A program made the translations under genes and the position numbers. Of a stretch of DNA of 64,000 bases, positions 57,808-64,000 are shown one piece after another (the stretch's first letter is position 1; every line of letters begins with the position of its first letter). The DNA is taken from the NCBI GenBank assembly GCA_905197685.1, contig CAJJZS010000001.1, forward strand, positions 210,973 through 274,972, written 5' to 3'. Below the pieces are notes generated by a model. It saw nothing but the letters and a program-made list of their open reading frames with translations, did not search any database and was not told where the DNA came from. The stretch comes from an uncultured Oscillospiraceae bacterium. Its GTDB lineage: Bacteria; Bacillota; Clostridia; Oscillospirales; Ruminococcaceae.

Positions 57808-58260
57808 ATGCAGAAACAGAAAGGAAACAAAAAGCCAAAACAGACAAGAATCGTTTCGGAGGAAAGGAAAAGCGCAGGGAAAAAATCGGAGCAGAAGCGG
57901 CAGATGCAGGCGGTGGCTCGGGGCTGTATCCTTGCGGCGGCAGCGGTACTTGCGCTGCTGTGTCTGTTTGCATGGATGATGTCTGCGGGCAAGCTGCCCC
58001 TGTGGGCGGGAAAAGCGGTAGGGCTGGCAGTCGGCTGTATTGCGGCGGCGGCAGCTGCTTTTTTCTGCGCGAGATATTCGGGAAAAAACGGCTTTGTGTT
58101 GGGATTTATCTGCGCGGCAATTTTATTCTGCCTTGCCTTTTTCCTCTCGCTGGCGATGGGGGACACCCCGCAGATGTGGGCGGCGGTAAAGCTGTTTTCG
58201 ATGCTGATTTGCGGCTGTGTGTTCGGAAGCGTCGGGGTAAACATAAAAAAAAGAGGATAA
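57808..58260 (+). CDS. Small 4-TM membrane protein of unknown function
   Basis: A K-rich N-terminus is followed by 4 hydrophobic segments. The RBS is GGGGTG. Confidence 0.5.
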   Translation: MQKQKGNKKPKQTRIVSEERKSAGKKSEQKRQMQAVARGCILAAAAVLALLCLFAWMMSAGKLPLWAGKAVGLAVGCIAAAAAAFFCARYSGKNGFVLGFICAAILFCLAFFLSLAMGDTPQMWAAVKLFSMLICGCVFGSVGVNIKKRG

Positions 58261-58323
58261 GAAAAATCCGACAGATTTTTTCTGTCGGATTTTTTGCGGT
58301 TTCGGACCCGATTGGGATAATTT

Positions 58324-59637
58324 TTATTCTTCGTCGGCTGCCGGTGCGGATTCGGTTTCTGCCGATTCCGTTTGTTCTGTCGGCTGTTCGGCAGGCTCGG
58401 CAGCTTGTTCTGCGGCGTCCGCAGGAGAGGTTATCTCGGCTGCCGGTGTGGATTTGGTGATTTCCAGCGCCTTTTTCAGCTGTGGGTCGGTGGTTTCGTC
58501 TAAGTTTGCAAAGTTTTTCTGCTGTTCTTCGGACAAAGCCACTTCGTAGTCCGGTTTAATGCCGACGCCGTCATAGTTCGGGCTTTTCGGCGGGTTATAT
58601 TGCGCAACGGTGATACGGATTGCAGAACCGTCTTTAAGCGAGTGAGTGACCTGCATTACGCCCTTGCCGTAGGTGGTGGTTCCGACCGATTTGGCAACGC
58701 CGTAGTCCCGCAGCGCCTGGGTGAACAGCTCGGCTGCGCTGGCTGTCATTTCGTTGGTTAAAACAACCATCGGTTTGTCAATGCAGTTTGCGTCCGAGGT
58801 TCCAAGCACCTCGGTGGAGCCGTCGCGGTAGGTAGCGGTGGCGATGGTGCCTTCCGGAAGCAGCATATCCAACATCTTGACAGCGGGGTCAACCAGACCG
58901 CCGGTATTATTTCTTAAATCAAAGATGAGCGACTGCGCGTTTTGATTGCCGATTAAATCCTCGACCGCTTTTTTAAACTGGTCATAGGTGTTTTCGTTAA
59001 AGTCCACAATCTGAATGTATCCGGCAGTGCCAATCATTTTAGAGTAAACGGTTGGGGTGACAACAACGCGGCGGGTGATTTCGGAAATTTCGCGGTCTTT
59101 GTTGTCGCTGCGGACGGTGAGGTTGACCTTGGTTCCGGCTTTGCCCCCGATTTCGCTGATTGCCTTTTCATAGGTATCGGCGGTAACATCAACATCGTTT
59201 ACCTTAACAATCATATCTCCGCTTTTAATGCCGGCTTCGGCAGCGGGGGAATCGGGATAAACCTCGGTAACCTGGATAAATCCGCTTTCATTTTTGGTTG
59301 CGCGGATACCGATGCCGACCAGTTTGCCTGCATCCTCCTGCTGTTTTGCAGCGTAGTCTTCGGCAGAGTAGTAGGTTGCGTAGCGGTCGGAGATTCCGGC
59401 GATGTATCCCAGCGACAGATAATCGTTGAGGGTGGTTTCGTCGATGGTTCCGTAGTAATTTTTTCTGACATAGCTGTCAATCTCTGCAAGTTTATCATAC
59501 ATCGCTTCCCTTTGGGAAACATTGGTGACGGTTGCAGAGAACATCTGGCGGGAAAAAATCATGGTAATCGAGAAGGTGACAGCGGTGATGACAAACATCA
59601 GCGCGAGGGCTGCCCCTAAAGAAATCTTCTTATTCAT
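58324..59637 (-). CDS. ctpA: S41 carboxyl-terminal processing protease
   Basis: The N-terminus is a signal anchor. The PDZ domain (GIKSGDMIVKVND) is followed by S41 catalytic Ser (NEMTASAAE) and Lys. The tail is acidic and low-complexity. Confidence 0.85.
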   Translation of the reverse strand: MNKKISLGAALALMFVITAVTFSITMIFSRQMFSATVTNVSQREAMYDKLAEIDSYVRKNYYGTIDETTLNDYLSLGYIAGISDRYATYYSAEDYAAKQQEDAGKLVGIGIRATKNESGFIQVTEVYPDSPAAEAGIKSGDMIVKVNDVDVTADTYEKAISEIGGKAGTKVNLTVRSDNKDREISEITRRVVVTPTVYSKMIGTAGYIQIVDFNENTYDQFKKAVEDLIGNQNAQSLIFDLRNNTGGLVDPAVKMLDMLLPEGTIATATYRDGSTEVLGTSDANCIDKPMVVLTNEMTASAAELFTQALRDYGVAKSVGTTTYGKGVMQVTHSLKDGSAIRITVAQYNPPKSPNYDGVGIKPDYEVALSEEQQKNFANLDETTDPQLKKALEITKSTPAAEITSPADAAEQAAEPAEQPTEQTESAETESAPAADEE

Positions 59638-60031
59638 AAGCGTAACTCCTTATTCTAAACAGTGATGAAAACTGTCAAATGATACTGAAACAGCGGCGGT
59701 GACAGTCAATGCTCTGAAAACAACATTGACTATATTAACTTATTTATTTTACCATAAAGTTGCGGCTTTTAAAACACTTTTTAAAAGTTTTTACAAAAAG
59801 GGTCATTCTACCCGAAAAAAGGAAAAAGAATAAGTGAATCTGCACAATTTTTCTTAATATGATAAGGAATGATTGATAAAAACAAATAAGAATGTTATAA
59901 TGAAAAAAGAGAGTGCAGGGGTTGTAACAGAAAAGAACCGTTACTGCGCAAAATGAAATGCAGCACCGATTTATGATAAAAAGATACTGATATACTTGCA
60001 TTTCAACAACGGATACTAAGGAGGAACTACC

Positions 60032-60268
60032 ATGAAACATTGGGCAGAAGAAAACAAAAAAGACCTTTCCATCGCCACTGCCTGCGTGATTGCGGCAGGA
60101 ACCATTACAATGTGCGCGGTTGTCTGCGCAAAGGCAGTGTCTGTTTTATTTAAATTAAACAAGGCGCTGGACCTTTATATTAAGGAACATCAGCTTTCTC
60201 ATGAGAGAAACAAAAGAATGGAAAACCTGTATCAGGAATGTGCGGACGAAGAGGAAATTTCGTTTTAA
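60032..60268 (+). CDS. Small single-TM protein with acidic tail
   Basis: The RBS is strong: CTAAGGAGG, then 7 nt, then ATG. The product is 78 aa. Confidence 0.45.
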   Translation: MKHWAEENKKDLSIATACVIAAGTITMCAVVCAKAVSVLFKLNKALDLYIKEHQLSHERNKRMENLYQECADEEEISF

Positions 60269-60438
60269 ACCGGGGCTTTAAGCGGGATTGCGAGCGGTTC
60301 TTTGCGCTTTAAATGCAATCTTATTGTTAAAATAACCAAAAAAAACCGGATATTCTTGCAAGGTTTGACAGATTGACAATAGACATTTTGCCGAGAATTG
60401 GGTATAATTACTGATAAAGCATCAATCTTGAAAAAGCA

Positions 60439-60472
60439 AATCCTTTAAGGCGGTCCAGAGAGACCGGCAAGG
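60439..60472 (+). promoter_or_regulatory. PyrR-binding loop of the pyr attenuator
   Basis: AATCCTTTAAGGCGGTCCAGAGAGACCGGCAAGG matches the conserved PyrR box (UCCAGAGAGGCU...GCAAGG). Confidence 0.55.
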
Positions 60473-60595
60473 TAGTTTGTTCAAGGAAAAACCACACCCG
60501 AACGGGAGGACTGTATCTAAAAATGCAGAACCTGTCCGAAAAATGAAGGGGCGAGCCGTCAAAGACGGGAAAAGCTGTGGGAAGAAACTTGTCTG

Positions 60596-60632
60596 CTGTC
60601 TGCTGCCGAAAAGGTTGCAGGCAGCTTTTTTT
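60596..60632 (+). terminator. Attenuator terminator upstream of pyrR
   Basis: The sequence is TGCTGCC-GAAAAGGTTGCA-GGCAGC followed by TTTTTTT. Confidence 0.5.
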
Positions 60633-60684
60633 ATAACAACAAAAACGGGATTGCCGGGAGGAAAAAGGAGGGAGCCTTTCATTT

Positions 60685-61233
60685 ATGTTGGTGGAAAAAA
60701 CCCGAATTATGGATCAGAAAGCGATGTCGAGGGCGATTACCAGAATTTCGTTTGAGATTATCGAGCGCAACAAAGGCGCGGGCAACCTGTACATCATTGG
60801 AATTATGTCCCGCGGGGCGCAGCTGGCGCAGCGGATTGCAAAAAAAATCTTTGAGCTGGAGGGCGTTTCTGTTGAAGTGGGTTTTCTTGATGTGACCGCA
60901 TATCGGGACGATAACGATAAGAAAAATCCCAAAGACGATGAAACAACCCTTCCTTTCTCGGTGGAGGGCAAGGAAATTATTCTGGTGGACGACGTCATTT
61001 ATACCGGCAGAACGGTGCGGGCGGCGATGGACGCGATTTTGGAGCGGGGCAGAGCCAAAAGTATTCAGCTTGCGGCATTGATTGACCGGGGACACAGGGA
61101 GCTGCCGATTCGCGCCGATTATGTAGGAAAGAATCTGCCGACTTCCCGCGACGAGTGCGTGCGGGTATCGGTGGAGGAGCGGGACGGCGAGGACTGCGTT
61201 GCCATCTGTATGGAAAAAGAAGCGGAGGAGTAA
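60685..61233 (+). CDS. pyrR: Bifunctional pyr operon attenuation protein / uracil phosphoribosyltransferase
   Basis: The N-terminus reads [18 protein letters not shown]. The PRPP motif reads [13 protein letters not shown]. Confidence 0.9.
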   Translation: MLVEKTRIMDQKAMSRAITRISFEIIERNKGAGNLYIIGIMSRGAQLAQRIAKKIFELEGVSVEVGFLDVTAYRDDNDKKNPKDDETTLPFSVEGKEIILVDDVIYTGRTVRAAMDAILERGRAKSIQLAALIDRGHRELPIRADYVGKNLPTSRDECVRVSVEERDGEDCVAICMEKEAEE

Positions 61234-61237
61234 AAAT

Positions 61238-62527
61238 ATGGGAAAACTGCTGATTGAAAATGCCAGGATTCTGGACCCTTCCTGCCAGCCGGCGCTGGAC
61301 TTTGTCGGCGATATTTTGGTAGAAGGGGATAAAATCATCAAAGTGGGCGCAGGACTTGCGGCAACCGAGCTTGCGCAGGGCGCGGAAAAAATCGACGCGA
61401 CCGGATTGTGCGCCGCTCCGGGTTTCCTTGATATTCACGTTCATTTGAGAGATCCCGGATTTACCCATAAAGAGGATATTTTGACCGGCTGTATGGCTGC
61501 CGCTGCGGGCGGCGTGACCGGCGTTTGCTGTATGCCGAACACAAAGCCGGTGACGGACAATCCGCAGACACTTGCTTACATCGCAGAAAAGGCGCAGAAT
61601 GCAGCGGCAAGGGTTTATCCGATTGCCTCCATTACCAAGGGAATGAAGGGGGAGGAGCTCAACGATTTTGTACAGCTCCATGCCTGCGGAGCGGTGGCTG
61701 TCAGCGATGACGGCAGACCGGTGGAAAACGGCGGCATGATGCTCAAAGCGCTCAAAGAAGCGGCTCGAACCGGGATTCCGGTAATCAGCCACTGCGAAGA
61801 TTTGTCCATCATTGACGGCGGTATTATCAATGAGGGGCGTATCTCCGAAATTTTGGGCGTTAAGGGAATGGACAGAGCCAGCGAGGACAGCATTACCGCA
61901 AGGGAGATTGTGCTGGCAGAAAGCTCCGATACGGCAATCCATATCGCGCACGTCAGCACCAAAGGCTCGGTTGAGCTGATTCGCCAGGCAAAACAGCGCG
62001 GTGTGAAGGTGACCTGCGAAACCGCCCCGCATTATATGATGATGACCGATGCGCTGCTTTTGGAGAAAAACGCAAACTTTAGAATGAATCCGCCGCTGCG
62101 GGAGCAGGAGGACTGTCAGGCGATTGTTGCCGGAATTTTGGACGGAACGATTGACGCGATTGTAACCGACCATGCGCCCCATGCGGCAGAGGAAAAGGCG
62201 GACTTTTTCAAAGCGCCCAACGGTATTGTAGGTCTGGAAACCAGCTTTGCCGCTTCCTGCACCGTTTTGGTACATCAGTGCGGCATGGAGCTTGTGGATC
62301 TGGTGCGGTTGATGAGTACCAATCCGGCAAACTTGCTGCATCTGCCGGGCGGAACCCTGCGGGAAGGCAGCAATGCGGATATTACCCTGTTTGACCCGGA
62401 AATGAACTGGACCGTACAGGCAAACGAACTGCACAGCAAGAGCAAAAACACCCCGTTTGACGGACTGGAGCTGACCGGAAGAGTTGTCAGAACCATTCTG
62501 GCGGGAAAAACGGTGTTTTCCTTATAA
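61238..62527 (+). CDS. pyrC: Dihydroorotase
   Basis: The N-terminal metal-binding region reads PGFLDIHVHLRDPG. The C-terminus reads DHAPH. The RBS is GGAGGAG. Confidence 0.85.
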   Translation: MGKLLIENARILDPSCQPALDFVGDILVEGDKIIKVGAGLAATELAQGAEKIDATGLCAAPGFLDIHVHLRDPGFTHKEDILTGCMAAAAGGVTGVCCMPNTKPVTDNPQTLAYIAEKAQNAAARVYPIASITKGMKGEELNDFVQLHACGAVAVSDDGRPVENGGMMLKALKEAARTGIPVISHCEDLSIIDGGIINEGRISEILGVKGMDRASEDSITAREIVLAESSDTAIHIAHVSTKGSVELIRQAKQRGVKVTCETAPHYMMMTDALLLEKNANFRMNPPLREQEDCQAIVAGILDGTIDAIVTDHAPHAAEEKADFFKAPNGIVGLETSFAASCTVLVHQCGMELVDLVRLMSTNPANLLHLPGGTLREGSNADITLFDPEMNWTVQANELHSKSKNTPFDGLELTGRVVRTILAGKTVFSL

Positions 62528-62592
62528 ATACTTTATCAATCAAAGGTAACAATAAAAAGTTTCAGATAAAAAAGCACAGGAGGCAGTAACTT

Positions 62593-63519
62593 ATGAAAAG
62601 ACTGATGGAACGAATTGCGCAGCTGCAAAATCCGAGCGTGGTGGGACTGGATTCCCTGTTGGATTACATTCCGCAGCACATCAAGGACGAAAAATTTGAG
62701 CAGTACGGCGACGGATTTGACGCTGCGGCTCAGGCAATTTTGGAATACAACAAAGCAATTATCGACGCTATTTGCGACATTGTTCCGGCAATCAAGCCGC
62801 AGGCAGCTTACTATGAGCTGTACAGCTGGCAGGGCATCTGGGCGCTGTGCGAAACGGTAAAATATGCGCAGGAAAAAGGCATGATTGTCATCATGGACGG
62901 AAAGAGAAACGATATTGGCTCCACCATGCAGGCATACGCAAAAGCGCATCTGGGCGTCAGCGAGGTAAACGGCAAGCAACTGCCCGCATTCGGTTCGGAT
63001 ATGCTGACCGTCAACGGTTACCTGGGTTCGGACGGTATTAACCCGCTGCTTCCTATCTGCGACGAGCAGGACAAAGGTATCTTTGTTCTGGTAAAGACCT
63101 CCAATCCGTCCTCCGGCGAATTGCAGGATCAGAAAATCGGAGAAAAGAGCATCTACGAAACAATGGGCGAGATGTGCGAACAGTGGGGCGCGCAGACGCA
63201 GAACAGCTACGGATATTCCAGAGTGGGCGCGGTAGTGGGAGCCACCTACCCCGAACAGCTTGCGGAAATGCGCCGGAAAATGCCGCACACCTTCTTCCTG
63301 GTTCCGGGTTACGGAGCGCAGGGCGGCGGCGCAAACGATGTTGCGGGCGCATTTGACAAAAACGGTCTGGGCGCAATCGTCAACTCTTCCCGCGCAATTT
63401 TGACCGCATGGAAAAAAGCGGGAACAGACGGCAAAGATTTTGCGCAGCAGGCAAGAAACGCGGCGCTTGCGATGAAAGAGGACATCATGGGCGTTGTCGG
63501 CAAAATTTCTTTGGAATAA
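62593..63519 (+). CDS. pyrF: Orotidine 5'-phosphate decarboxylase (long type 2 form)
   Basis: The motifs VVGLD, KPQAAYYE and DGKRNDIGSTMQAYA are present, with the catalytic Lys region. Confidence 0.85.
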   Translation: MKRLMERIAQLQNPSVVGLDSLLDYIPQHIKDEKFEQYGDGFDAAAQAILEYNKAIIDAICDIVPAIKPQAAYYELYSWQGIWALCETVKYAQEKGMIVIMDGKRNDIGSTMQAYAKAHLGVSEVNGKQLPAFGSDMLTVNGYLGSDGINPLLPICDEQDKGIFVLVKTSNPSSGELQDQKIGEKSIYETMGEMCEQWGAQTQNSYGYSRVGAVVGATYPEQLAEMRRKMPHTFFLVPGYGAQGGGANDVAGAFDKNGLGAIVNSSRAILTAWKKAGTDGKDFAQQARNAALAMKEDIMGVVGKISLE

Positions 63520-63563
63520 ATAAAACGGCAAAGTTTTGAGTCAGGAATAGATGGAGGCAGCTT

Positions 63564-64000
63564 ATGGATATTTTTAACAATGCACAAAAGGCATGGCTTT
63601 TGCTGGAGGACGGCACTGTGTATCAGGGTCTGGGACTGGGCAGCGCAGAGGACGCAATCGGCGAACTGGTGTTTAACACAAGCGTGGTTGGTTTTCAGGA
63701 AATTTTAACCGACCCTGCAAACGCAAACAACATCGTTGTGGAAACCTTCCCGCTGACCGGAAACTACGGTGTCAACCGTGAAAACGACCTGCACGAAAGC
63801 ATCACCGCAAGGGGCTGGGTTGTCCGCGAATGGTGCGCGCAGCCGTCCAACTTCCGCTGCGAGGGAAGAATTGACGAATATCTGGAACAGAAAAAAATCA
63901 GCGCAATCTTTGATTTGGACACCCGCGCAATCACCAGAAAGGTGCGTGACGGCGGCGTTCAAAAAGCGTTGATTACCAGAACCAATCCGCAGGACTGCAA
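63564..64000 (+). CDS. carA: Carbamoyl-phosphate synthase small subunit, N-terminal part; runs off the window
   Basis: The N-terminus reads LLEDGTVYQGLGLG..GELVFNTSVVGFQEILTDP, the CPSase small-chain N-terminal domain. The RBS is GGAGGCAG. No stop occurs before nt 64000. Confidence 0.8.
   Translation, partial: MDIFNNAQKAWLLLEDGTVYQGLGLGSAEDAIGELVFNTSVVGFQEILTDPANANNIVVETFPLTGNYGVNRENDLHESITARGWVVREWCAQPSNFRCEGRIDEYLEQKKISAIFDLDTRAITRKVRDGGVQKALITRTNPQDC

Noticed and set aside
60995-62434. 479-aa minus-strand ORF
   Set aside because: It is a shadow ORF antisense to pyrC. It has no RBS, and its translation is Arg/Gly-rich with no motifs.
62536-63531. 331-aa minus-strand ORF
   Set aside because: It is antisense to pyrF, which is convincingly coding.

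Overview
64-kb chromosomal window, GC about 50%, most likely from a Clostridia-class Firmicute. The codon usage, the RapZ-WhiA, HprK and PyrR genes, the lysine riboswitch and the Bce-type modules all fit that assignment. Two AT-rich blocks stand out against this background: 1-1870 (aminotransferase and dipeptidase) and about 50500-53700 (NitT/TauT-type ABC transporter). Most of the window is core housekeeping: greA, lysS, secDF, ltaE, hisS, a tRNA-Ala/tRNA-Val pair, hprK, murB, rapZ, whiA, dnaE, pfkA, asd-dapA-dapB, queA, tgt, yajC, ctp and pyrR-pyrC-pyrF-carA. I found no transposase, integrase or CRISPR array. The parts worth a second look are listed below.
1. A 170-bp unit repeated 2.5 times between lysS and secD. 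Each copy carries a promoter-like element and an 18-codon Cys-rich mini-ORF.
2. A three-gene extracytoplasmic thiol-redox cassette: a TlpA-like CGPC lipoprotein, a 50-aa CD1871A-type CXXC micro-protein and a NapH-like membrane polyferredoxin.
3. Two tandem Bce-type modules (response regulator, intramembrane-sensing kinase, ABC ATPase, giant FtsX permease) with distinct regulatory hairpins.
4. A lysine riboswitch driving asd-dapA-dapB plus a standalone aspartokinase-type twin-ACT protein and a 61-aa Cys-rich protein.
5. A LysRS fused to a C-terminal EMAP/Trbp111-type tRNA-binding domain.
6. A MoxR-DUF58-DUF4129 operon.
7. A possible leader terminator in greA.
8. Several orphan hypothetical proteins.
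Every call rests on reading motifs by eye. No database search was run.
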